Positions 1 through 9,050 of a DNA stretch of 64,000 nt are shown here, one piece after another. Both the position numbers and the translations under genes were made by a program. The stretch is from the NCBI GenBank assembly GCA_964452935.1, contig CAYVNO010000001.1, forward strand, positions 25,537 through 89,536, given 5' to 3'. This DNA comes from an uncultured Methanosarcinales archaeon. Its GTDB lineage: Archaea > Nanobdellota > Nanobdellia > Woesearchaeales > DSVV01. Below the pieces are notes generated by a model. It made no database searches and was not told the DNA's origin. It saw only the letters and a list, made by a program, of their open reading frames with translations. Position 1 is the stretch's first letter. Each line of letters starts with the position of its first letter.

Positions 1-1
1 C

Positions 2-766
2 ACAGATGTTCCATACTATTATGATGACGGTGATGTTTCTTTAGTTCCTTCAATGGATGATGTTGAAGATAGTTTATCACAGTATATCACTAATAATCTT
101 ATGAATTGTTTAGGTGGTTTTGAGACTTTTAGAGAGATGGGATATACAATTGAGACAGGACTAATGGTTGTTGATACAAGTATTATGGAGGACAGTGTTA
201 GTGTTGTTCTAGATTACCCTGTTACTTTAAAATCAGAAACAGAGGTTAAACCTTATGAGATGTTTGTTTATCAGTATGATATTAATTTGAATACTGTTTA
301 TTCAGTAATGAACACACTTATGACTGATGTTATTACAAATCCTTATTATTCACCGTTAAGTTTAATGTTGGAGTTGGGCCAAGAACATGGTTTTCAGATT
401 GATACATTGACTTATGAAAATTCAAGAGTGTTTGTAATTCAAGATTTAGAAACACAGATACAAGGAGTTCCATTTATTTACTTATTTGCAACAAAGACTT
501 CAGGTGAGAATATAATGCCTGTAATTGAGATGGATGAGATTGTCGCAAATGTTGGAGAAGAGTTTAATGGAGAGGTTAGCGCTTTTGACAGAGAAGGAGA
601 TGTTATGATGTATTCTGTTGAAATTAATGATATTGGGTTGGCAGTGAATCCTTATTCAGGTGAGATTGAGTTTATTCCTGATACTATAGGGGAGTATACT
701 GTTATGATATTTGTTTCAGATGGTGTAGATGAAGCTTCGAAAGAAGTTACAGTGAGGGTGGTATAA
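2..766 (+). CDS. Hypothetical acidic protein, 5'-truncated, with a C-terminal Ig/cadherin-like beta-sandwich
   Basis: The frame is open from position 2 (TDVPYYYDDG...) into the ORF-track ORF. The C-terminus SAFDREGD...VNPYSGEIEFIP...GEYTVMIFVSDG resembles an Ig-like repeat. Confidence 0.6.
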   Translation, partial: TDVPYYYDDGDVSLVPSMDDVEDSLSQYITNNLMNCLGGFETFREMGYTIETGLMVVDTSIMEDSVSVVLDYPVTLKSETEVKPYEMFVYQYDINLNTVYSVMNTLMTDVITNPYYSPLSLMLELGQEHGFQIDTLTYENSRVFVIQDLETQIQGVPFIYLFATKTSGENIMPVIEMDEIVANVGEEFNGEVSAFDREGDVMMYSVEINDIGLAVNPYSGEIEFIPDTIGEYTVMIFVSDGVDEASKEVTVRVV

Positions 767-3748
767 ATGAAGAAATTATTAATCTTTGGAATTTTGTTTG
801 TTATAATGTTGATGGGAGTTAATGGGTTGGATTGTAGTCCTGGAGGTTATGATGAATCAAACCCACAACTTACAACTACTTGTTCACAAGCTGAGGAGTT
901 AGGGATATCTCATGTTCCAGGCGGTGTGATCATACAAGATGATGGTATGATATCTACAAATGGTGCAGATATTACTGATATGTTGGCTGAGTTAGATGGA
1001 CAGGCTCTTAATATTCAAGGTGACGCAGTTATCAGTGGACAAAAAGTTAAGATTGGTGGTACTGTGACAGTCGATGGTAGTGATATTGTAGTGGCTCAAG
1101 ATTCGTTTATGGAGCTCCCAGATGGTACAGAGATGCAGGGAGGAATTGTTGATCTTTCTGCTAAAACAGTTAGGTTAGAAGATTTTGGTACATATACAGA
1201 TGAAAGTACAGGATTAGTTGTTGCTGATAATGCTGTAATTAAATATGAGTCAGATGAGATCTCTGTTCTTGAAGGTGGAACTGCAAGTTATACTGATACA
1301 GGAGGAAGTGCTGTTGTTATTAATGGATATAGTGGGGGTGTTGGTGTGAGTTGTGCATCTGCAGGAAGTTGTACTGTTGAGACAGAGCACCAGGCTGTTG
1401 CACTTGCAGACTTTGGGCAGGATGTCGATGTATCATTTAATAATGCTGGTTTTATGGAAGTTAGTTTTAGTGCAGATGGAGGTAGGTTGACTTTACCTCC
1501 TGGAGGAGATGTTTATTTTAGTGATACTGATACTGGCAGTGCGGATTTTATGTATATTGGTGATGATGGACAGGTATTGAATTTTGATGTTGGTAAATCA
1601 TTTGATACTGTTGTGTATATACAAGGCAATCAGATTGCAATTAATGATATAAGGATTACAAATAATGAACATCATAGTGCAGATGGCGGAGTTAGTCGTA
1701 CTCTGGATTCTTCAAATACTTTGAGGGTTTACAGGGATAGTGGAGTAAATATTGAAGGGGAGTTTGATGGTGAGTTGGTAATTGATCATCCTGTTGAAGG
1801 AGGAGCTCAGGCAGTGTTGGCTAGTGGTGAGGATGTTTATTTCTCTATTGTTGATGATGAAATTTATTTAGGATTTGATTCTGTCGGCGAGGGTTCTAGG
1901 TTTGCAGATGCAACACTGAGTTATGCAGATTCATCTGGTTCAATTTCTGTTACTCCTGAAGGATCTATGTCTATGAATGGAAGGTTTAAGGTTGAGACAG
2001 ATGATGGTGTTGTTTTAGCTCTTGGTAATCCTGGTGCTGAGTCTAGTGTATATTCACATGGCGATATTCTTAGAGATGATGATGGATCTCTTGTACGTGT
2101 TGATGTAGATACAGGTTCTGCTGAATATGTTGGGAGAGTTATAGAAGGGAATGATGTTGCTTTAGAGTTTGGAGATGGAGACTTAAGGAGTGCGATTGTT
2201 TCTGACGGAATGTGTACTATTGATGATGAGAATGGTCTTGAGATGGTACATGCAGAATTTTCTGGTGATTTACAACAGATATACTTTGCAGGAAATCTTC
2301 CTTCTGAAGATGTTATGGAAAGTAGAGCTTCTGTTTATTTTGATGAACAAGGGAATTATATTGTTGGAGCAAATGCAGATAGAATGTCTATTGATAATGG
2401 TGGATCTATACAGATTGTTGAGTATGGAGATGTTAGAACAGGAAAAGGTAGTGGCTATACATCATTTTTTGTTCAACCAGAAGATGTAATGACTGTTTTT
2501 CTTCAAGATGATGATACTGCTTTGACAGCTTTTGTAGGTCAGTTAGAAGGGATGGATGATAATCAGAGAGCTGTTGCAGCAGAGTTTATGGGCGGATACC
2601 AAGATGCATTGTTGTCAGGAAGTGTTGACGATAGTGATGATGCTGTTTCGGGTACATACTCTGATGTGTTTGACATGGTAGATGATGAAGAGTTTATGGC
2701 AGCTTATATGGCTTTAGATCATAGTGGGAGGGATGAAGTTGTTAAACTTGCTGCGATGGAATATGGAGTATATGCTGAGGATGGTTATACGATGGCAGAT
2801 GCAATGGTTGGAGCTTTGGCTGATCATGAATTTTATTCTTCAGCAGATATTGATTCTGCTTGGGTTAGTAATAATCCTATTGAAGGAAGGTCTGTTGCTT
2901 ATGGTAGTAGAGATGCATTGTTACTTGGGGATGCTGTTGCTGCTTTAGATGCGGCAGGAAATATAAATGATGATGAACTTGCTGCATTGATGTTTCCTTC
3001 AGATTATCCAGAGGCAGAAGCTCAAAGGGTTGCACTAAAATATGATGGTGTTCCTTTTTCATCAGATACAGCTTTGGGATTAAGTGACCCTGTTCTTTCA
3101 GATGAGTTGGAAGATGCTGTTGCCGGTGTACAAAATATGGATAACTTTAGAGATACAATGGTTGAAATATTTGGTGACCCAGATCTGTTAAGTATGAGTA
3201 ATGATGATATTTATACAATGATTGCTGCAGATAATGGATGGGAAAATCTTCCAAGAGATCAGTTAGAAAAAAGAGTTGATAACGGGTTGGAAGGAAGAGG
3301 TTTATTTGCAAGACAGGTGCAGAGTTCAAGAGATGAGATTGTTCTTGCAGGCGGTTCATATGGTTTGCAGCAAGATTTAGATTATGCGTTGGAGCAAGCT
3401 GATGAAGTTCTTCCACCAGAGCCGTATGAATCTGGATTGAGAGCTCCTCCTGAACTTGAGTTAGGGACTATTAGTGATGTGCAAGGTATAATGAGTGCCG
3501 TAGATGGGTATGATACTGGTATAGTTGATACTAGGGTGCAAGAGAACGTACTTATACCTTATTTTGAGACTCAGGTAGAAAGAATTAATGGGCTTGTTGG
3601 TGATGGGGATATTGGTGATGCAGGAATGCAAGCAGATGCTTTAGATAGAATGCTTGAAATTTATGTATTTACTGGTGAAATCACCCAGGATGAAGCAGAT
3701 AGAATAATGGGAACGGTTCACGAGCAAGCAACCTCAGGTTTTAATTAA
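767..3748 (+). CDS. Large acidic secreted/surface protein (993 aa)
   Basis: N-terminal signal peptide MKKLLIFGILFVIMLMGVNG. D/G/V/S-rich, beta-strand-like N-terminal two thirds and an acidic helical C-terminus. The start directly abuts the upstream stop. Confidence 0.7.
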   Translation: MKKLLIFGILFVIMLMGVNGLDCSPGGYDESNPQLTTTCSQAEELGISHVPGGVIIQDDGMISTNGADITDMLAELDGQALNIQGDAVISGQKVKIGGTVTVDGSDIVVAQDSFMELPDGTEMQGGIVDLSAKTVRLEDFGTYTDESTGLVVADNAVIKYESDEISVLEGGTASYTDTGGSAVVINGYSGGVGVSCASAGSCTVETEHQAVALADFGQDVDVSFNNAGFMEVSFSADGGRLTLPPGGDVYFSDTDTGSADFMYIGDDGQVLNFDVGKSFDTVVYIQGNQIAINDIRITNNEHHSADGGVSRTLDSSNTLRVYRDSGVNIEGEFDGELVIDHPVEGGAQAVLASGEDVYFSIVDDEIYLGFDSVGEGSRFADATLSYADSSGSISVTPEGSMSMNGRFKVETDDGVVLALGNPGAESSVYSHGDILRDDDGSLVRVDVDTGSAEYVGRVIEGNDVALEFGDGDLRSAIVSDGMCTIDDENGLEMVHAEFSGDLQQIYFAGNLPSEDVMESRASVYFDEQGNYIVGANADRMSIDNGGSIQIVEYGDVRTGKGSGYTSFFVQPEDVMTVFLQDDDTALTAFVGQLEGMDDNQRAVAAEFMGGYQDALLSGSVDDSDDAVSGTYSDVFDMVDDEEFMAAYMALDHSGRDEVVKLAAMEYGVYAEDGYTMADAMVGALADHEFYSSADIDSAWVSNNPIEGRSVAYGSRDALLLGDAVAALDAAGNINDDELAALMFPSDYPEAEAQRVALKYDGVPFSSDTALGLSDPVLSDELEDAVAGVQNMDNFRDTMVEIFGDPDLLSMSNDDIYTMIAADNGWENLPRDQLEKRVDNGLEGRGLFARQVQSSRDEIVLAGGSYGLQQDLDYALEQADEVLPPEPYESGLRAPPELELGTISDVQGIMSAVDGYDTGIVDTRVQENVLIPYFETQVERINGLVGDGDIGDAGMQADALDRMLEIYVFTGEITQDEADRIMGTVHEQATSGFN

Positions 3749-3827
3749 TTTTTTATTTTTCTTTTTAAATATTTCTGGTAATCTTTATATAGTAGTGTAA
3801 CTTCCTAGGAGTAAGTGGGGGGATAGT

Positions 3828-4355
3828 TTGGGAAGGATATATGGGATAGCGTTTGCATTGTTTTTAGGTGTTTTATATTCAGGAGATGTTAATGCAGATA
3901 CTGTTGAGTCTGAGTCAGGTGCTAATGGAGCTAGTTCAGAATGTATTGAAGATTGTTTAACTATTTCTATTAGAAAAACTGATGATGTTAGCGGTTTAAT
4001 AGAATTATACAATGGAAATGAGTTAGTGGATAGTTATGATATCTCTCATGGGGGTGCTTTGACACCTGAAGGAGAGTATAGGGTTACTGACGTGAATCGT
4101 AGAACTGCAGGTTGGTATCAGTCGATTATTCTTACGTCTGAGGATGGTGTTGAAGTTGCTATGCATGGTTTGTACCAAGGTACATCAAGTAGTATGCCAA
4201 GAAAAGGGGAGAGAACTGCTGGTTGTGTCATGTTAGAAGAGGTTGATAATGTTATTCGTTTTCTTGATCAATATTTTGGTGGTTTAGATGAACAAGGAGA
4301 TCATCATTACACATTACCTAGACCTAATGCTGTTAGAGTGGAAATAAGTAGGTAA
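3828..4355 (+). CDS. Secreted YkuD-family L,D-transpeptidase-like protein
   Basis: Signal peptide, ISHGGALTPEGEYRV (matches S.G...TP.G.Y.V), and catalytic-type MHG...RTAGCVML. TTG start after GGGGGA, with TTTATATA upstream. Confidence 0.7.
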   Translation: MGRIYGIAFALFLGVLYSGDVNADTVESESGANGASSECIEDCLTISIRKTDDVSGLIELYNGNELVDSYDISHGGALTPEGEYRVTDVNRRTAGWYQSIILTSEDGVEVAMHGLYQGTSSSMPRKGERTAGCVMLEEVDNVIRFLDQYFGGLDEQGDHHYTLPRPNAVRVEISR

Positions 4356-4504
4356 AATTGAAAACATTCAAACTTAAGGCAAGCTTAAGTAGAGTATTTC
4401 CATTAAAATTGAAAACATTTATAAACCAACTCTTAATCTGTATATAAATAGAGTTCCCGTGAACTATTTGCCTTTAATGGTTGATAGGAGGGTGGAGGAA
4501 AAGA

Positions 4505-5155
4505 ATGGATAAAAATAAGCTTCAAAATGCGCTTAAAAAGGTAAAAGAGAGCGCAAATAAGCGTAATTTCAAGCAAAGTTATGATTTAGTGGTTTCTTTA
4601 CAGAATTTAAACCTTAAAAAGCCAGATCAGCATGTAGATAAGTATGCTAGTCTTCATTATGGAACTGGAAAAAAGAAGAAAATATGTGCTTTTGTGGGTC
4701 CAGAATTGAAGGACGAGGCTTCAAAAGTATGTGATTTAGTTATTATACAAGATGATTTTCAAAAATATTCTGATAAAAAGAAGGCTAAGGATTTAGCAAA
4801 GGAATATGATTATTTTATAGCTCAGGCCAATATTATGGCAAAGGTTGCTACTAGTTTTGGTAAGATTTTAGGTACAAGGGGAAAGATGCCAAATCCAAAG
4901 GCAGGGTGTGTTGTACCTCCAAAGGCTAATTTGAAACCTCTTTATGATAAATTACAGAAAACAGTAAGAGTTATGGTAAAGACTCAACCACAGTTTCAGT
5001 GTATTATTGGGAATGAGGATTCAAAAGATGAAGAGTTATTAGATAATGCTGAAACAATTTTGAAGCAATTAAAAAACGCTTTACCAAATCATGAAGCAAA
5101 TATTAAAGCAGTTTATCTTAAATTATCAATGTCAAAACCAGTGAAGGTAAAATAA
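4505..5155 (+). CDS. rpl1: 50S ribosomal protein uL1
   Basis: KRNFKQSYDL, FGKILGTRGKMPNPKAG, YLKLSMSKP. ATG at 4505 follows GGAGG. Confidence 0.97.
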   Translation: MDKNKLQNALKKVKESANKRNFKQSYDLVVSLQNLNLKKPDQHVDKYASLHYGTGKKKKICAFVGPELKDEASKVCDLVIIQDDFQKYSDKKKAKDLAKEYDYFIAQANIMAKVATSFGKILGTRGKMPNPKAGCVVPPKANLKPLYDKLQKTVRVMVKTQPQFQCIIGNEDSKDEELLDNAETILKQLKNALPNHEANIKAVYLKLSMSKPVKVK

Positions 5156-5156
5156 A

Positions 5157-6017
5157 ATGGCTCCAAAAGCAATAATTTCACCAGAAAAGAAGAAAGTTGT
5201 AAAAGAGTTTGTGAAATTACTAGAGGAATATCCTATTGTTGGGGCTGTAAATATGGAGAATCTTCCTACAAAACAACTTCAGAACATGAGAGCTCAGTTA
5301 AGGGGCACTGTTGTTATGAAGATGACAAAGAGGAGATTGATTAGGATAGCGATTGAGAGTGTTAAAGATAAGAAAAAAGGTGTTGAAGAGTTAATACCTT
5401 GTTTGAAAGGAATGCCAGCATTACTTTTTACAAAAGAAAACCCGTTTATATTATATAAAAAATTACAAAAAAATAAATCAACAGCACCTGCTAAAGCGGG
5501 TCAGACAGCACCAAAAGAGATTGTTGTTAAAGCAGGACCAACACCTTTTGCTCCAGGTCCGGTTATTGGAGAGTTAGGTGCAGCAGGAATAAAAGCAGGT
5601 ATTGATGGTGGAAAGGTAGTAATCAAAGCAGACTCAGTTGTAGCAAAAGAAGGAGATGTTATTGATGCAAAACTTGCTGGGTTATTGACTAGATTGGGTA
5701 TTGAACCAATGGAAATTGGTTTAGATATAACGGCTGTTTATGAAGATGGTTCAATATTTACTAGAGATGTTTTAGCTGTTGATGAAGAAGAATATGTAAA
5801 CAATGTTTCACAGGCAAGCAAATGGGCATTTAATTTGGCTGTGGAAGCAGGAATAATGACGACAGAAACTACAGAGTTCATGGTACAGAAAGCATTTAAG
5901 GATGCAAAGAGTTTAGCAGGAGAAGCAAATATTTTATGCAGTGCGACTGTCAATGATGTTTTGGCAAAAGCAAATGCGCAAGCAGCTTCATTAAAGAGTG
6001 AGGCGAAGTTAGATTAA
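5157..6017 (+). CDS. rpl10: 50S ribosomal protein uL10 (P0)
   Basis: APAKAGQTAP...AGPTPFAPGPVIGEL and LLTRLGIEPMEIGL. Confidence 0.97.
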   Translation: MAPKAIISPEKKKVVKEFVKLLEEYPIVGAVNMENLPTKQLQNMRAQLRGTVVMKMTKRRLIRIAIESVKDKKKGVEELIPCLKGMPALLFTKENPFILYKKLQKNKSTAPAKAGQTAPKEIVVKAGPTPFAPGPVIGELGAAGIKAGIDGGKVVIKADSVVAKEGDVIDAKLAGLLTRLGIEPMEIGLDITAVYEDGSIFTRDVLAVDEEEYVNNVSQASKWAFNLAVEAGIMTTETTEFMVQKAFKDAKSLAGEANILCSATVNDVLAKANAQAASLKSEAKLD

Positions 6018-6060
6018 TAATCCTTATTTAATGGATTAATGGTTACGGAGGATGAATAAA

Positions 6061-6375
6061 ATGGAATATGTGTACACGGCAATGTTGATTCACAAAGCAG
6101 GTGGCAAAGTTGATGAAGCTACTGTTAAAAAAGTTTTAGAGGCTGCAGGTGTTAAACCTGATGAAGCAAGAGTAAAAGCTTTAGTTGCAGCACTTGATGG
6201 CGTTAATATTGATGAAGCTATTGAAAAAGCAGCATCAGTTCAGGTTGCAGCAGCAGCTCCAGCAGGAGACGCAGCTCCAGCAGCAGAAGCTAAGAAAGAA
6301 GATAAGAAACCAGCTGCAGAAGAAAAGAAGTCAGATGAACAAGCAGCAGCAGGACTTGGCTCATTGTTTGGGTAG
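6061..6375 (+). CDS. rpl12: 50S ribosomal protein P1/L12
   Basis: [11 protein letters not shown], an Ala-rich hinge and C-terminal [10 protein letters not shown]. Confidence 0.97.
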   Translation: MEYVYTAMLIHKAGGKVDEATVKKVLEAAGVKPDEARVKALVAALDGVNIDEAIEKAASVQVAAAAPAGDAAPAAEAKKEDKKPAAEEKKSDEQAAAGLGSLFG

Positions 6376-6485
6376 AGTGTTAAGCAAGCTTAACACTTTG
6401 AGCCTCCCCATATTTACTGTAACATGGGATTGGCCCGCCCCGACAACTGATTGATCACCTAGCAGAATTGACCAATAAGTGATTT

Positions 6486-6507
6486 GGTGTTTCTAAACAC
6501 CTTTTTT
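6486..6507 (+). terminator. Hairpin plus U-tract, terminator-like
   Basis: GGTGTTT-CT-AAACACC followed by TTTTTT, downstream of rpl12. Confidence 0.45.
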
Positions 6508-6533
6508 GTTTTCAACGATAGTATGTGAGGAAT

Positions 6534-7433
6534 ATGTTAGATAAAGATAAGAAAAAGGAACTGTTAAATCAGCTCAACGAGAAAAAGAAGAAGATTCTAG
6601 ATCTAAAATCAAAACTTAATGAACTGAATGATCAAAAAGAGCATTGGTTTCATAAGAAAGAAGAGATTTCTAAGAAAATAAGGTCACATATATCGACTAT
6701 TAAGAATTCTAAAAGAGAAAGAAATGTATTTACTAAACAGGTTAAAGATTCTAAAGGTAAAAGAGAGGATCTAAATAAACAGATAAAAGATAAGATTAAT
6801 GAAGTAAAGAAATTAAATAAAGAAAAGAAAGATATTGCTACAAAATATGGTATTGAAGGAGATCCTTCTGCTTTAAAATCTCAGATAAATAAATTAGAAC
6901 AAAAGATTGAGACAGAGCCTATGTCATTTGATAATGAAAGAAAGATAATGAAGAAGATAAAAGAGATGAAGAAAAAATATGATGAGGCTTTGAAAGTAAG
7001 TAATGTCTGGAAAAAGATTCATGATGTTTCAAAGGATATTGATAAGTTGAAGAGGAAAGCTGATTCATCTCATAAATCTATACAATCAAAAGCGAAGGAT
7101 TCTCAAGAGAAACATGAAGAGATGGTTGGTGCTTCTAAAGAAGTAAATGATCTTAAAAAGAAAGAAGAGGAAGCGTATAAGAAATTTCTTGATTTTAAAG
7201 CACAATTTACAAAACTTAATAATGAGTTAAAGGAACTACTTCCAGGTATAAATAAGATTAGAGGAGATTTAGACTTAGATAAAAAAGAAGCAAAGAAAAT
7301 AAAAGAGTTAAAGAAACAGAAAACATTGGATGAGAAAAGAAAGGAAGTACAAGATAAATTGAGTTCTGGTAAAAAAATTACATTAACTACTGAAGATTTG
7401 TTAGCATTTCAAGGAATGCAAGATAAAAAATAA
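6534..7433 (+). CDS. Archaeal coiled-coil protein (COG1340-like)
   Basis: K/E-rich heptads, IETEPMSFDNERKIMKKI and C-terminal KITLTTEDLLAFQ. Confidence 0.75.
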   Translation: MLDKDKKKELLNQLNEKKKKILDLKSKLNELNDQKEHWFHKKEEISKKIRSHISTIKNSKRERNVFTKQVKDSKGKREDLNKQIKDKINEVKKLNKEKKDIATKYGIEGDPSALKSQINKLEQKIETEPMSFDNERKIMKKIKEMKKKYDEALKVSNVWKKIHDVSKDIDKLKRKADSSHKSIQSKAKDSQEKHEEMVGASKEVNDLKKKEEEAYKKFLDFKAQFTKLNNELKELLPGINKIRGDLDLDKKEAKKIKELKKQKTLDEKRKEVQDKLSSGKKITLTTEDLLAFQGMQDKK

Positions 7434-7438
7434 AAGAA

Positions 7439-7618
7439 TTATAATTTCTCCATGAAGCTACATTTGCCACATGTTCTTCTGTTTTTGTGTTCTGCCATGA
7501 ATACGCCAGCACCACATTTTGGACAAGGTTTATTCTTTCTTACTGCTTTTTCTCCCTCTACTTTGTATGTTGTCCATATTTGAGAAGGTTTTTTCTCTGC
7601 TTTTTTCTTTTTTCCCAT
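7439..7618 (-). CDS. rps27ae: 30S ribosomal protein eS31 (S27ae)
   Basis: Not in the ORF track (59 aa). Manual translation: MGKKKKAEKKPSQIWTTYKVEGEKAVRKNKPCPKCGAGVFMAEHKNRRTCGKCSFMEKL. Confidence 0.95.
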   Translation of the reverse strand: MGKKKKAEKKPSQIWTTYKVEGEKAVRKNKPCPKCGAGVFMAEHKNRRTCGKCSFMEKL

Positions 7619-7620
7619 TT

Positions 7621-7664
7621 AATTCACCTCCGGTGAATTCTAATTTTCACGTTTCGCGAAAATT
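7621..7664 (-). repeat. Double-hairpin element, copy 1, overlapping the rps27ae Shine-Dalgarno
   Basis: AATTCACC-TCC-GGTGAATT followed by AATTTTCACG-TTT-CGCGAAAATT. Confidence 0.75.
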
Positions 7665-7682
7665 TAATTTGTCTTTTTATTT

Positions 7683-8159
7683 TTATTCACCTTTTGGTTC
7701 TTCCTTTGGTTTCTCTTCCTTCTTCTCTTCAGGCTTTACTTCTTCTTTTGGTGTCTCTGCTGGTTTTTCCTCTGCTTTTGGTTCTTCTTTCTCTTCAGGC
7801 TTTACTTCTTCTTTTGGTGTCTCTTCGGGCTTCACTTCTTCTTTTGGTTTAGGTGCTTCTGTCTTTTCTTCCTTCTTCTCTTGTTTTGTATGTTTTTTTA
7901 TTAGTGTTTCTAACTCAAGTGTTTTCATTGCTTTTTCGTCTTTATAGACGTGACAAATTACTTTTGCTTTTTTTGAACCATATCTTTGGTAAATATGTCT
8001 GATAACCACTAAATTAGGATCTGCAGAAACTTTTTTTGCAACTAATTCTTTTAATTCTAACCTTGAAGGGGTTTTTCCTTCAAAATATGCCATTGCACTC
8101 ACTCTTTGTCTTGATAAGAGTGGTGTGTCTTTCTTTTTTAGAATCTCTATGTCTTTCAT
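7683..8159 (-). CDS. rps24e: 30S ribosomal protein eS24 with a repetitive acidic C-terminal tail
   Basis: PLLSRQRV...GKTPSRLELKE...IYQRYGSKKAKV, plus EEVKPEE repeats. Confidence 0.93.
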   Translation of the reverse strand: MKDIEILKKKDTPLLSRQRVSAMAYFEGKTPSRLELKELVAKKVSADPNLVVIRHIYQRYGSKKAKVICHVYKDEKAMKTLELETLIKKHTKQEKKEEKTEAPKPKEEVKPEETPKEEVKPEEKEEPKAEEKPAETPKEEVKPEEKKEEKPKEEPKGE

Positions 8160-8170
8160 TTATATCACCA

Positions 8171-8359
8171 TTATCTCGCTTTTATAGCGTATTCTCCGTT
8201 AACATTAATTCCTATCTTTTGTGAAATCATTGATTTTTCTGTATTGATGATATTCACTCTTCCTTGCCAGTTGGTTGAGAATTGTTTTGATTTACAAATT
8301 GGGCATGTGTCTCCGTCAACAAATACCTTGCATTTTTTACATACTTTTTTCTTTGCCAT
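8171..8359 (-). CDS. spt4: Transcription elongation factor Spt4 (RpoE'')
   Basis: CKKC...CPIC...STNWQG...GEYAIKAR. Confidence 0.95.
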   Translation of the reverse strand: MAKKKVCKKCKVFVDGDTCPICKSKQFSTNWQGRVNIINTEKSMISQKIGINVNGEYAIKAR

Positions 8360-8361
8360 TT

Positions 8362-8447
8362 AATTTACCTCCGGTAAATTCCAAATTCCACTTTGTAGAA
8401 TTTGATTTCCCTCCGGAAAATTGTAAAATTTCACTGCGTAAAATTTT
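8362..8447 (-). repeat. Double-hairpin element, tandem copies 2 and 3, overlapping the spt4 Shine-Dalgarno
   Basis: Copy 2: AATTTACC-TCC-GGTAAATT plus CAAATTCCAC-TTT-GTAGAATTTG. Copy 3: GATTTCCC-TCC-GGAAAATT plus AAAATTTCAC-TGC-GTAAAATTTT. Confidence 0.75.
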
Positions 8448-8465
8448 TAATTACGTCTTGAAAAT

Positions 8466-9041
8466 TTATTTACCTTTCTTTTTAGTAGCAGGTTTGCCTG
8501 CTTTTTTGTTTTTTTCTTCAATCATCCATTCAGGTTTTCCTAAACCTGTTTGTCTCATTGTTAATCCTAATTTGGGATTAGTTGGATCTTTGTAACTGAT
8601 TGCAATAACTCTTGCTCTGCAGTTATCTCCAACTTTAAGTGATCTCTTTGTTTCTTTTCCTAAAAGAACTTTTTCTTTTGAGAAACTTACAAAATCATCC
8701 ATTGTTTGTGAAACATGAATCATTCCTTCTATTGGACCAATTGACATAAATGCTCCAAAGTCTGCGATATCTTTGATTTTTCCAAGAACAACTTCTTGTA
8801 GTTCAGGTTTAAAATTTAGTATCTCAAACTTAGCTTCATAGTATGGAGATCCATCTCCAGGAATTATTGTTCCATCTTGAATTTTAATTACCTTACTTAC
8901 ATCAATAACAATGCCCATCTCTTTTGAGATGTATCCTTCGTACTTCTTTTTTATTTGCTTTATTACTGCTGCATTCAGGTCTAATCCAAATAGATCTGGT
9001 GTTACTCTGATATGATCTTTTATTGTTGTTCTATAGTACAT
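8466..9041 (-). CDS. rpoE: DNA-directed RNA polymerase subunit Rpo7 (E')
   Basis: IIPGDGSPYY, FGAFMSIGPIEGMIHVSQ and LGLTMRQTGLGKPEW. Confidence 0.97.
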   Translation of the reverse strand: MYYRTTIKDHIRVTPDLFGLDLNAAVIKQIKKKYEGYISKEMGIVIDVSKVIKIQDGTIIPGDGSPYYEAKFEILNFKPELQEVVLGKIKDIADFGAFMSIGPIEGMIHVSQTMDDFVSFSKEKVLLGKETKRSLKVGDNCRARVIAISYKDPTNPKLGLTMRQTGLGKPEWMIEEKNKKAGKPATKKKGK

Positions 9042-9050
9042 TTTTCTCCC

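Noticed and set aside
6447..6501. Hammerhead or HDV-like ribozyme
   Set aside because: CTGATTGA is not CUGANGA, there is no correctly placed GAAA, and I could not build the nested HDV pseudoknot.
7690..7850. Tandem DNA repeats in rps24e
   Set aside because: They are explained by the low-complexity EEVKPEE protein tail.
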